Positions 7,864 to 16,947 of a DNA stretch of 31,481 nucleotides are shown here, piece by piece. Source of the stretch: Chitinivibrionales bacterium (lineage in GTDB: Bacteria > Fibrobacterota > Chitinivibrionia > Chitinivibrionales > WJKA01); the NCBI GenBank assembly GCA_038247415.1, contig JBBRUX010000044.1, positions 1 through 31,481 of the forward strand, read 5' to 3'. The translations under genes were made by a program, and so were the position numbers. The notes under the pieces were generated by a model, which made no database searches, was not told the DNA's origin, and worked only from the letters and a program-made list of their open reading frames with translations. How positions within the stretch are numbered: position 1 is the first letter of the stretch; each line of letters begins with the position of its first letter.

Positions 7864-8018
7864 ATTACTAGCCTAAGGGTTGTAAAACCCATAGCAAATT
7901 TGGTATTGTGCTAAGATACCAGAGGTGCTATGAGGTCGTCAAATAAGTGTCGTAACCCCTTCTGCAACAGCTCGGCCATGGCGGCAGATAACAACGGTAT
8001 ACCTGAAGTATTCCTTAT

Positions 8019-8055
8019 AAAAAAAGGCTGCCTCCTTGTGGAGGCAGCCTTTTTT
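8019..8055. terminator. Bidirectional intrinsic terminator
   Basis: AAAAAAAGGCTGCCTCC-TTGT-GGAGGCAGCCTTTTTT between convergent genes. Confidence 0.9.
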
Positions 8056-8078
8056 ATTACTACATTACCGTACAAAGT

Positions 8079-10841
8079 TTATTTTTTGGAAGTATCGGCT
8101 TTTTGTGAAGACTGGGACTTCATGAGCTGATATTGACCAATAATACTTGACACACGTCGATCGCCGGGATGCATGTCGCCGAATTGTGCAATTGCTGCAA
8201 TTGCGCTATCGTAAAGACCTTTTTCGGCATAGTTTTGAGCGAGCATGTAATAGGCGTCCCAAGGGTTTGGATCTTTCGCAATCATTTCTTTCCAGAGCCG
8301 ATTGGCTTCGGATTCTTTACCATTTTTCATTAGGGCCTGAGCAAGCATTTTTTGATACTCGGGATTACTTGGTTCAACTGCTAATGCTTGACGAGCACGT
8401 TCTTCGGCTTCTTTGGTATATCCGGCATTCATGAGAAATTCATGTCGTAAACCTCTCCAGCGCCATTCCCAGGGCATGATGGCAATGCACTGATCAAGCT
8501 TTTCGATACCAATATCGATTTTGCTTTTTGATTGGGCTATGAGTACATTCTTGACAGAATCTTGAGAAGCCGCGCGATTTTTTCCCGTGTCTAGAGCTGT
8601 GGCCCGATCCTTAAGCGACATTGATTGCTGACGCAATTGCAGAGCAACTTGAATATAGCAGGCTGCATAGTTAGACATTAGCTTCTCGGTTGTCTCATCG
8701 AGATTAGACGTACCATCTCCAAGACCACGGAAACGATAAACCTTATCGAGCAAGTAGATTGTTCGATCGATATCCATTTTCTGGTCTTGTGGAATAACCG
8801 TTGGATACACTCTATAGGCGAGGCCCTGCATTTGTAAATAGGGTTCAAGTCCCATGAAATTGTCGTCTGAAACGGTTACTGCAAAGTAGATTGGCTTTTT
8901 CCAGGCATTGGCATCTACAATATTGAGAACCATCTTATCCTGAACTCTAAGCGCATTATGCGTTTTTTGGTCGGGAATGGTTACTGTTATTCCCGCATTA
9001 CGCATAGGATATGGTGTTGGTTGCGTAAATGGGTTGAGCTGGTGATTAAGCTCTTGAATTTGGCTATGGGTATAAGAAATCGGTACCTTTGGCTCAAAGT
9101 CTTTCATCTGTTTGATATACCAGTCGGTATTGACCAGAGAAAGATTTACAATTCTAACATCCTTGCGAATGCCAAAAGCTTCTTGGAGTGCCCATAAGGG
9201 AAACGTGTCGTTGTCGCCATTGGTAAATAAGATGCCGTCTTTTTCGCAAGACATTAAAAGATTAAAGGCATAATCGAATGGCACAAACATGCCTCGTCGA
9301 CTTTGTTCCGAGACATTGCTATAAAAAGGGAGCGCTGGTGACACGGCACATAGAATTGCTGCAATGGGTGCCAATGTTCCCCGTAAAAACTTATTCTTAT
9401 TTGCAAATAAGGCAAGGAGTGCGGCCCCTGCTGCGATCCCAATCCACATGCCATAGGCAACAAAGCCTACAATCCAGAAGTAATCACGCACACGAACTTC
9501 ACGATGTACCAGTGGTTCGGCTCCTTGTTTGCCGTATTTTACCCATTGTTCATAATCGCGCAATTCGCATTTAGTACCATCAGAAAAATTCATGTAGAGA
9601 GTCATGGCAATGGTTGTCAGAATAAAAAGCACTATCAGCATGACCGCTGCGTTTCTGTTCTTTTTGTAAAGATAGCTCATTCCATACAGTGCAAATGCAA
9701 GTGGAATGAGATAGAGAAGCATTTTTCCAGCACCAGCTGCCGGCCCGTCGAGCGTGAAAATGTATGGTTTGCCGGTTTGGTCGTTTTGTGTATCCAGTTT
9801 AGAAAAATGAAAAAACTGGGTAATAAAAAATCCCCCAAAACCCATATTTCCTTCAACGCCAAATTGATGTTCAACAGTACCCCTGCGCCACATCATACGG
9901 GTGATCATGTTGTCTGAACCATATTGTTTACGATCGAGATATTCGTCGAACGCTTTCCAATTAGCGGGATGGCCTTCGTCTATTTGAGGATTAAGTGCTG
10001 AGCGAATAGGAATATACAGATGCGATGAAAATCCAAGCACCGACATGAGCGAGAGCAAAAAGCAAAATTGCCACTTGCGCTGATTTGGGCCTGAGATAAG
10101 CGAAAAAAGCAAGGTTGCTACTACCGCAATAGAGCCAACAATAATGAAAAGAGATAGGCTATAAACAACAATTCCAAGTACTGCTGCGGTAATCCAGAGC
10201 CGCCAATCGAGCCGCTTTTCTTTGTCTACTATCATAACAAACAAGAATGTTGTAATGAGAGTAATCATGGAATACATATGAATACCAATACCTAAAAAGG
10301 CTATATAGGTAATAAGAAGAAGGTACTTGTCACGACGAGAATCTTTGCTTTGAGCCCATACAAGAGACAACCACGTTCCAAGGGCTATGGGTAAAACAAG
10401 AGGAAGATTAACTTCGTTTTCGACAGCACAAAAGAGAACTGTTTTAGAAAAAGCTGCAAACAAAGCTCCAACAAGTCCTCCAATATATACACTTAATTTT
10501 TTTTGTATCGTATCGAGTTGTCCAATTCCACCAATGAAGGCTCGAACGATTACAAGGTAAATGAGCATAGCCGAAAAAGCTCCCGTGAGGGGAACCATGA
10601 TATTCATTCGGTAGGCAGCATCTTTTATAAAAGAAAGGCCAACGGTAAAAACACGACACATCATGATCCAGAGAGGATTGCCCGGAGGGTGAGGAATTTG
10701 AAGGGTAGAGCCGGCTGCTGCATACTCGCCACAATCCCAAAAGCTAACTGTTGGTGCAAGAGCCCACATATACGTTAAAAACGCAATTGCAAAGACTAGT
10801 CCAGCAAGGATCGCATTCGTCCGTGCATGTGCCTTATCCAT
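8079..10841 (-). CDS. DUF2723 (TMEM260-like) polytopic membrane glycosyltransferase with C-terminal TPR repeats
   Basis: APTVSFWDCGEY...IPHPPGNPL, YIPIRS, RDYF, ILFTNGDNDTFPLW, DVRIVNLSL motifs; many hydrophobic helices; TPR-like tail. Confidence 0.85.
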   Translation of the reverse strand: MDKAHARTNAILAGLVFAIAFLTYMWALAPTVSFWDCGEYAAAGSTLQIPHPPGNPLWIMMCRVFTVGLSFIKDAAYRMNIMVPLTGAFSAMLIYLVIVRAFIGGIGQLDTIQKKLSVYIGGLVGALFAAFSKTVLFCAVENEVNLPLVLPIALGTWLSLVWAQSKDSRRDKYLLLITYIAFLGIGIHMYSMITLITTFLFVMIVDKEKRLDWRLWITAAVLGIVVYSLSLFIIVGSIAVVATLLFSLISGPNQRKWQFCFLLSLMSVLGFSSHLYIPIRSALNPQIDEGHPANWKAFDEYLDRKQYGSDNMITRMMWRRGTVEHQFGVEGNMGFGGFFITQFFHFSKLDTQNDQTGKPYIFTLDGPAAGAGKMLLYLIPLAFALYGMSYLYKKNRNAAVMLIVLFILTTIAMTLYMNFSDGTKCELRDYEQWVKYGKQGAEPLVHREVRVRDYFWIVGFVAYGMWIGIAAGAALLALFANKNKFLRGTLAPIAAILCAVSPALPFYSNVSEQSRRGMFVPFDYAFNLLMSCEKDGILFTNGDNDTFPLWALQEAFGIRKDVRIVNLSLVNTDWYIKQMKDFEPKVPISYTHSQIQELNHQLNPFTQPTPYPMRNAGITVTIPDQKTHNALRVQDKMVLNIVDANAWKKPIYFAVTVSDDNFMGLEPYLQMQGLAYRVYPTVIPQDQKMDIDRTIYLLDKVYRFRGLGDGTSNLDETTEKLMSNYAACYIQVALQLRQQSMSLKDRATALDTGKNRAASQDSVKNVLIAQSKSKIDIGIEKLDQCIAIMPWEWRWRGLRHEFLMNAGYTKEAEERARQALAVEPSNPEYQKMLAQALMKNGKESEANRLWKEMIAKDPNPWDAYYMLAQNYAEKGLYDSAIAAIAQFGDMHPGDRRVSSIIGQYQLMKSQSSQKADTSKK

Positions 10842-11292
10842 CAATAGCCTGCCTTTCTGCGGGGGTATCTAAGATAGTAGTTTCGGTGAGTTCTTTACGA
10901 ACCGAATCGAGAATGCCGTTTATAAATTTTCCGGAATCTTCGGTGCCGTATACTTTAGCAATTTCAACCGCTTCGTCGATGACTACTTTATAGGGAACAT
11001 CTTTGAAGGTTCGTAATTCGCTAATAGCAAGGCGCAATAAATTACGGTCAATTGCAGCCATTCGGCGCATTTCCCAGTTTTGGGCATGCTTCTGAATGAG
11101 TGGGTCGATTATTGCTTGTTGGTCAAGCGTGGCGAGAACAAGGCGCATACCATAATCTCTTACTGAAACGTCAAATTCGCAAAGCTCGATAATACTATCT
11201 GCCATGCCAGATAATTCATCGATTCCTGAAATTTCGACAGCATAGAGAAGTTGGAGTGCGAGTTCTCTTGAGTTTCTACGACTTTGTGACAC
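10834..11292 (-). CDS. nusB: Transcription antitermination factor NusB
   Basis: RRNSRELALQLLY, IDRNLLRLAISEL, VVIDEAVEIAKVYG, KFINGILD. Confidence 0.97.
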   Translation of the reverse strand: MSQSRRNSRELALQLLYAVEISGIDELSGMADSIIELCEFDVSVRDYGMRLVLATLDQQAIIDPLIQKHAQNWEMRRMAAIDRNLLRLAISELRTFKDVPYKVVIDEAVEIAKVYGTEDSGKFINGILDSVRKELTETTILDTPAERQAIDG

Positions 11293-11298
11293 CGTGCC

Positions 11299-11763
11299 TC
11301 ACATTTTGCTATAGAGATCGACCATTTCGATTGCGCTTAAAGCAGCATCGAATCCTTTGTTTCCAGCTTTTGTTCCAGCACGTTCGATCGCTTGTTCGAT
11401 TGAATCGGTAGTGAGAACACCAAAAATAACAGGGATTTCGGTTTCGAGGCCAACAGAGGCAACGCCTTTGCTAACTTCTGACGAAACATAATCGAAATGT
11501 GGAGTAGAACCACGTATTACTGCCCCAAGGCAAATGACAGCATCGTACTTACGGCTTTTTGCAACTTTTTTTGCGGTGAGGGGAATCTCAAACGAGCCGG
11601 GAACCCAGACAATCGTGATGTCTGCAGGATCGGCGCCGTGACGAATAAGACAGTCCATTGCACCTTCGAGGAGCTTTCGTCCAATGAGTTCGTTAAACCG
11701 ACTGATTATGATTCCAAAACGTCGACCCGAAGCATTGAGCATTCCTTCGATTACGGTTGACAT
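11299..11763 (-). CDS. ribH: 6,7-dimethyl-8-ribityllumazine synthase
   Basis: [43 protein letters not shown]. Confidence 0.98.
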   Translation of the reverse strand: MSTVIEGMLNASGRRFGIIISRFNELIGRKLLEGAMDCLIRHGADPADITIVWVPGSFEIPLTAKKVAKSRKYDAVICLGAVIRGSTPHFDYVSSEVSKGVASVGLETEIPVIFGVLTTDSIEQAIERAGTKAGNKGFDAALSAIEMVDLYSKM

Positions 11764-12971
11764 ATTTTTTCTCCTCTGGTAAGCAGGTGCCCCATTTTTT
11801 CTTTTTTGGTGGACAGATAGCCTTCGTTTTCTTGACGGGGATGAATTTCTATGGGCACGCGTTCGGTAACCACGATGCCATATTCTTCGAGTCCGGATAT
11901 TTTTGTTGGGTTATTGGTCATGAGACGAACTTTGGTAATGCCCAGGTCTCGTAGAATTTGAACGCCTACACCATAATCACGCATATCGGCAGCGAATCCA
12001 AGATGCAAATTTGCTTGGATGGTATCCATCCCTTTTTCCTGCAGTGCATAAGCTTTTATTTTGTTGACAAGACCAATGCCTCTTCCTTCTTGACGAAGAT
12101 AGAGAATAACCCCGCCTTCGCGGTCTATGGTTTCCATGGCGCTTGCAAGTTGTTCGCCACAATCGCAACGGTATGAACCCAAAAGATCTCCCGTAAAGCA
12201 TTCGGAGTGCACGCGTACAAGGGTAGGCTTTTTGGGGTTAATTGGCCCTTTTTGAATTACAACATGGGTAACATGGGCTATCGTGTCTTCGTAGCACTTC
12301 ATGACGAATGACCCAAATTTTGAAGGCAATTGTGCTGTTGCTTCGCATACTACAAAGCTATCTCGCGCATTGCGAAATCGAATGAGATCGGCAATTGAGA
12401 GTATGGGCAAGGTATGCTTTTTGGCGAATTTTTTAAGATCGGGCAAACGAGCCATGGTGCCATCGTCGTTCATGATTTCGCACATTACACCCGCAGGCGT
12501 GAGTTTTGCCAACCGTGCCAGATCTACAACGGCTTCTGAGTGACCACTTCGAACCAGTACGCCGCCTTTACGTGCGCGAATTGGAAACATGTGGCCGGGT
12601 TGAACAAAGTCGTCGGCAGAAGCTTTAGGATTGACAAGCATTTCTACCGTGCGGGATCGGTCTTCTGCGGATATTCCCGTTGTTACACCTTTTTTAGCTT
12701 CAACTGATACGCTAAAGGCAGTATCGAACGGCGACGTATTTGAGTAGACCATTGCAGGAATATGCAGAGCGTCGAGGCGTTCGCTTTCGAGTGCAACGCA
12801 AATAAGCCCCCTGCCATATTTAGCCATAAAATTTATCTTTTCGGGAGTGACTTTTTGAGCTGCAAAGGCTAAATCGCCTTCGTTTTCGCGGGATTCGTCG
12901 TCTACGATGATTATAAATTCACCGCGTTTATACTTTTCGATGATGTCTTCGATTTCGGAAAAACTTTTCAA
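11751..12971 (-). CDS. ribBA: Bifunctional DHBP synthase / GTP cyclohydrolase II
   Basis: [25 protein letters not shown], then [11 protein letters not shown]...[18 protein letters not shown]. Confidence 0.97.
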   Translation of the reverse strand: MKSFSEIEDIIEKYKRGEFIIIVDDESRENEGDLAFAAQKVTPEKINFMAKYGRGLICVALESERLDALHIPAMVYSNTSPFDTAFSVSVEAKKGVTTGISAEDRSRTVEMLVNPKASADDFVQPGHMFPIRARKGGVLVRSGHSEAVVDLARLAKLTPAGVMCEIMNDDGTMARLPDLKKFAKKHTLPILSIADLIRFRNARDSFVVCEATAQLPSKFGSFVMKCYEDTIAHVTHVVIQKGPINPKKPTLVRVHSECFTGDLLGSYRCDCGEQLASAMETIDREGGVILYLRQEGRGIGLVNKIKAYALQEKGMDTIQANLHLGFAADMRDYGVGVQILRDLGITKVRLMTNNPTKISGLEEYGIVVTERVPIEIHPRQENEGYLSTKKEKMGHLLTRGEKICQP

Positions 12972-13624
12972 AATCCGTATTCCTTTAGCTTATTCATTAA
13001 TAATGTATCGGTATTGTCTGGTTTAAGCTCGGCGGTGGCATTTTTAATCAGATGAAAAATATATCGGGCCACGAGGTCGCATTCGATATTTACGAGGTCG
13101 TTTACCTTTTTAAAGGCAAGGGTTGTATGGGAAAGCGTGTGGGGAATAATGGCGATTGAGAAAAAATCAGGGCCGCTTTGGGCGATTGTGAGGCTTATGC
13201 CATCGACACAAATAGAACCTTTTTCTGCACAAAACCGGGCTAGCGATGGATCGATTTTGATTTTTCTGAGAAGCTGAGATCCATCTTGGGTATCGTGCGC
13301 AATTGTTCCCACGCCATCCACATGCCCTGCAACGAGATGTCCATCGAGCCTATCGGAAAGCCTCATGGCTCGTTCGAGGTTGACCTTGTCTCCCTTTTTG
13401 AGTATATGCAGAGTAGTTCTTGAAACGGTTTCTTTAATTGCAGTAAAGCGAAGCTCCGTTTGGGTTGCGTGAGTAACCGTTAGGCACGACCCGTTTACAG
13501 CAACCGATCCTCCAAGGGGAACAGAAAAGACTTCTGATTCTGGCTTAATTGTGAGCGTAATGCTATGGCCACTGTGTGTAATGCTTGTAATAGAACCAAG
13601 CGTCTCTATGAGTCCTGTAAACAT
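12968..13624 (-). CDS. ribE: Riboflavin synthase (alpha chain; ribC in E. coli nomenclature)
   Basis: The N-terminal MFTGLIE sets the start at 13624; [34 protein letters not shown]. Confidence 0.97.
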   Translation of the reverse strand: MFTGLIETLGSITSITHSGHSITLTIKPESEVFSVPLGGSVAVNGSCLTVTHATQTELRFTAIKETVSRTTLHILKKGDKVNLERAMRLSDRLDGHLVAGHVDGVGTIAHDTQDGSQLLRKIKIDPSLARFCAEKGSICVDGISLTIAQSGPDFFSIAIIPHTLSHTTLAFKKVNDLVNIECDLVARYIFHLIKNATAELKPDNTDTLLMNKLKEYGF

Positions 13625-14742
13625 GAGTCCTCCCACCTGATACGGCCGGTTACCATCCAGTCGGTATCGTATTGTGTAAATTCTATGTCGGCAAGTGTTG
13701 CGGCTTTATTAATTGATAAGGGGTTAAGCGTGATAAGCCCACTCAAACCATTGCCTAGTATTTTGTTTCCATAAAAAAAAGCAACGCGTTGAACCCTTTG
13801 TGTTTCAAAAAAAAGCGATGCGAGAGAGCTTCCGCCTTCGATAAGAAGCGAGGTTATACCTTCTTTATATGCCATAGACAAAAAGGTAGTGATGCAATGT
13901 GTGGAATTACTTGAACCTGTTCGCCAGATTTCTACACCGCTATGATGGGTGGATGTTTTTTGATGCGTTCCACCAAAAACTACGATAATGCTTCGAATAT
14001 CATGTGCATCGCGTACAAAATGGGAATTACGGGGAATAGTTGCTTTGGTCGAAATCATAAATCTGACAGGCGATACTCCAGGAACGTGGCGCACCGTAAG
14101 TTCTGGATCATCTGCTTTGAGGGTACCCCGACCAACAACAATGCCCGCATGCGTACGGCGCAGCTCATGCACTGCTGTGCGACTTTGTGGGGATGTAATC
14201 CATTTGGAGCGCCCATGAATGTCGGCGATGCGTCCGTCGAGCGTTAAGGCCAGCTTGAGGGTGACAAAAGGCATTTTATTGACAATGGAGTAGTTAAAAT
14301 CTTCGTTGAGCCGATTGGCATCAGCGCCACATAAGCCAGAGTCTACAGTAATACCTGCTTTACGCAATTGTTTCGCCCCAAGGCCATTGACTAGAGGGTT
14401 TGGGTCTTCTGCGGCAAAAATAACGCGCGTGATGCCTGCATTGATAATTGCATCGGTGCAGGGCGGTGTTCTCCCAAAATGACAACAAGGTTCAAGCGTA
14501 GCATACAGGGTTGCGCCACGGGCTCTGTTTTTTGCTTGCGCCAAGGCAGTTTTTTCTGCATGCGGGCCACCCGCCAAAGCAGTGGCGCCTTTTCCAACAA
14601 TACGACCACCTTGAACAATAATGGCTCCAACCGCAGGATTTGGAAAGGTAGATCCTTTTGCTGCCCTGGCAAGATTGAGGGCTTGCGTCATGTAGGCTTT
14701 ATCGAGATCGGAAAATGAGGTTGTTCTTTGACGTTGTGGCAT
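13606..14742 (-). CDS. ribD: Bifunctional pyrimidine deaminase/reductase RibD
   Basis: PNPAVGA, HAE, TLEPCCHFGRTPPC, TLDGRIA, SKWITS, DDPELTVR, LLIEGG. Confidence 0.97.
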   Translation of the reverse strand: MPQRQRTTSFSDLDKAYMTQALNLARAAKGSTFPNPAVGAIIVQGGRIVGKGATALAGGPHAEKTALAQAKNRARGATLYATLEPCCHFGRTPPCTDAIINAGITRVIFAAEDPNPLVNGLGAKQLRKAGITVDSGLCGADANRLNEDFNYSIVNKMPFVTLKLALTLDGRIADIHGRSKWITSPQSRTAVHELRRTHAGIVVGRGTLKADDPELTVRHVPGVSPVRFMISTKATIPRNSHFVRDAHDIRSIIVVFGGTHQKTSTHHSGVEIWRTGSSNSTHCITTFLSMAYKEGITSLLIEGGSSLASLFFETQRVQRVAFFYGNKILGNGLSGLITLNPLSINKAATLADIEFTQYDTDWMVTGRIRWEDSCLQDS

Positions 14743-14832
14743 AAGAAAGAGAGTAGTACTGTATAATTAGATCTGTAAAAGTTTAAAAATACCATAGGCC
14801 CGCAGTGCAGGCATATTATTTTAAAAGAAATC

Positions 14833-15717
14833 ATGAAGAAATCAATTACGCCATTACAACTTTTAATAGATCTCGCTTCTAAGGGAGATCCTTCTGCATG
14901 CATTTCCTTGTTTTCGGATTTGCTAGACACTGCTTATTCAGATGTGCGTGCGAATGGTGCAGATCATGAAGATGCCGTGCAAAAACTTTCTGCTTTTGTG
15001 GTAAAACTGTTTAGAGCTGTTATTCAAAACCCTCCCGGCGATGATGTTGAAGAATGGTTTGCTCTCAAAAGAAAGCGGTACCTACGGCTCAAAGACGAAA
15101 TTCATGCCAAAGCGAACATTATTGAACTAGAACGTTCCGATTATGCTGCAAGAATAAGCAAAGTGTTTCAGCAAGAGTACAGCCAGCTTAGGAGTGCCCA
15201 AAAAAACATTTCTCGGCTTATGCGGCTGCAATTATTTATAGTAGATCGAGTATGGCTGCGTATTCCCTTAGATTTGGTTCTTATTGCCGGAGTCTTTTTA
15301 GCGCTGCAAATCTATTTCTTAAATGCTGATATATCCCTTCGTTTTACCATGTCGCTGCCTAAAGAAGATATTATGCTTTCTATGCCTACAGGCACTACTC
15401 CCTTCGATTTTTCTTCGGCTTATTCTAGAATCCCCACAATGGCACATGGCTCTCGGTTACAGATATATCGGCCGATACTGGAATCTAAGCCTTCTGAACG
15501 AACTGATTCATTATTGGCCAAGCCTGTTACTTCTCCACCAGCGTATACAATCGCGGTTTCGGCACAATCTGGTACCATCCCCAATGCTCAGGCGATTGTG
15601 CCACCCAAAGTCCGCCCGAGAAGGGTTGTTGTCGATAATATTGCTAAGCCTGAAATAATTGATTCTTCCTCACTATCCTCGCCTCGCCCCGTCGACACAG
15701 ATTCCATATCTCAATAA
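14833..15717 (+). CDS. Hypothetical single-pass membrane protein with an ECF-sigma region-2-like N-terminus and a Pro/Ser-rich tail
   Basis: 294-aa ORF; hydrophobic segment LDLVLIAGVFLALQIYFL; low-complexity C-terminus. The sigma resemblance is by eye only. Confidence 0.6.
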   Translation: MKKSITPLQLLIDLASKGDPSACISLFSDLLDTAYSDVRANGADHEDAVQKLSAFVVKLFRAVIQNPPGDDVEEWFALKRKRYLRLKDEIHAKANIIELERSDYAARISKVFQQEYSQLRSAQKNISRLMRLQLFIVDRVWLRIPLDLVLIAGVFLALQIYFLNADISLRFTMSLPKEDIMLSMPTGTTPFDFSSAYSRIPTMAHGSRLQIYRPILESKPSERTDSLLAKPVTSPPAYTIAVSAQSGTIPNAQAIVPPKVRPRRVVVDNIAKPEIIDSSSLSSPRPVDTDSISQ

Positions 15718-15782
15718 GCATTATAATGTACTATGGTCTTGTTGGTCTCTTCCAGTTCAAATAGATTTGGATAAGGAGTTTG

Positions 15783-15825
15783 ATACAAGTTTGTATGATG
15801 ATACATACGTCATAACATATTTGTT
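15783..15825. promoter_or_regulatory. Pair of palindromic sites (WACA-N4-TGTW), candidate enhancer
   Basis: ATACAA-GT-TTGTAT (15783-15796) and AACA-TATT-TGTT (15814-15825). Confidence 0.55.
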
Positions 15826-15879
15826 TCGTTAATGGCTTGGCAAACTCAATTTCTGCACATTTGAGCTCGTTTTTATTAT

Positions 15880-15895
15880 TGGCATCCTCCTTGCA
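15880..15895 (+). promoter_or_regulatory. sigma54 (-24/-12) promoter
   Basis: TGGCATCCTCCTTGCA matches TGGCA-N6-TTGCW. Confidence 0.75.
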
Positions 15896-15995
15896 TTACA
15901 TAAGGGCAGTCGCGCGAATAATTAAAGTTGGTGATGGAGCGCAGAGGTCTGCCCTTCACCAGATACAGTAATTCTTTTTTGAAAAGGGGGGATGT

Positions 15996-16745
15996 ATGCG
16001 TAAATCAAGTATTTCTAAGGTGGTTTTGTCGGCAGTATGTGCAGGTGTTATTGGAAGCAGTGCATTATACGCAACACCATCAACACAAATTTGGATTCCA
16101 TCAACCGATATACAGGGGTTTTTAAAGCCGCATATTGGATGGGATGTTTATTCACTTAATGATGGCACTGGTATGATATCAAATGGTGGGCTTACAATGG
16201 GCGTTTTGCCTTTTGAAAAGTTGGGGCTGGAAGTCGGTGTCGATTATCGTGCTATCCTTGGGGGTGATCAAAGAAAGCCAATTTATACAAATGCAAAGAT
16301 TGGTACTCCCGAAGACGGTTTGTTTAAGTATATGCCAGCGGTTGCTGTAGGTATCTATGATTTGGGCTTTGTAAAGGATGTCAATGATTACAGTCTGGTA
16401 TATGGACTCCTTGCGAAAAATATCTGGAAGCTAGGGCGTATATCTGCAGGATACTATTATGGAGCAGGGTCGGAATCCTTATGGATGGTTCCAGGAGATA
16501 CAACCGGTAAAGTCGAGCGAGGTGGATTACTTGCTTCGTGGGATCGCGTCATAACTGAAATTTCCGATAAGCTGTGGGTTGCGGTTGATTATCAAAGCGG
16601 AAATAACTGGTACGGGGCTCTCAGTTTTGGAGTAGCATGGAATTTTGCGCCCAATGTTGGTGTGATACTAGGTTATGATATCTATAATAATAAAGATGCT
16701 TCGGTTCCTACATTCACCTTTCAGGTTGACATCAACGCTTTCTGA
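15996..16745 (+). CDS. Putative outer-membrane beta-barrel protein
   Basis: Signal peptide ending ALYA, alternating amphipathic strands rich in G/Y/W, C-terminal FTFQVDINAF with terminal Phe; purine-rich RBS. Confidence 0.7.
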   Translation: MRKSSISKVVLSAVCAGVIGSSALYATPSTQIWIPSTDIQGFLKPHIGWDVYSLNDGTGMISNGGLTMGVLPFEKLGLEVGVDYRAILGGDQRKPIYTNAKIGTPEDGLFKYMPAVAVGIYDLGFVKDVNDYSLVYGLLAKNIWKLGRISAGYYYGAGSESLWMVPGDTTGKVERGGLLASWDRVITEISDKLWVAVDYQSGNNWYGALSFGVAWNFAPNVGVILGYDIYNNKDASVPTFTFQVDINAF

Positions 16746-16751
16746 TAATTG

Positions 16752-16794
16752 ATACAAAAATGAAGTTATAGGCGATTGTGTTACAAAATTGTAA
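16752..16794. promoter_or_regulatory. Pair of palindromic sites (WACA-N4-TGTW), candidate enhancer
   Basis: ATACA-AAAA-TGAAG (16752-16765, imperfect) and TTACA-AAAT-TGTAA (16781-16794). Confidence 0.55.
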
Positions 16795-16849
16795 GCTTAA
16801 ACTTTGAAAAAATGTGGGAAACCTGAAGAAATTCGCTGTACCCCTGACA

Positions 16850-16865
16850 TGGTATGGTCTTTGCG
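16850..16865 (+). promoter_or_regulatory. sigma54 (-24/-12) promoter of amtB
   Basis: TGGTATGGTCTTTGCG, with GG-N10-GC spacing intact. Confidence 0.7.
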
Positions 16866-16947
16866 GAAGGTTAATAACAGCTGTGTCCATTAGCCTGGAA
16901 TTTCTAAAGGTTTCTCATTATTAATTTTTTTTACGAGGGAGGACTCT

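Noticed and set aside
7871..7960. Integron attC site (GCCTAAG start, bulged hairpin)
   Set aside because: There is no RYYYAAC/GTTRRRY pair, no repeat between other genes and no integrase in the window.
7930..7985. tRNA-like start on the minus strand (GCCGCCATGGCCGAG)
   Set aside because: No T-arm GTTCRA, anticodon arm or matching acceptor 3' strand.
14743..14832. FMN riboswitch ahead of the rib operon
   Set aside because: The divergent gap is only 90 bp and lacks RFN consensus blocks such as AGGGCGGGGTGAAATTCCC.
15930..15980. Fluoride riboswitch (GGTGATGGAG...TTCACC)
   Set aside because: A 15-nt insertion splits the motif, the downstream pseudoknot partner (GACTCCT-like) is absent, and the gene context is nitrogen uptake.
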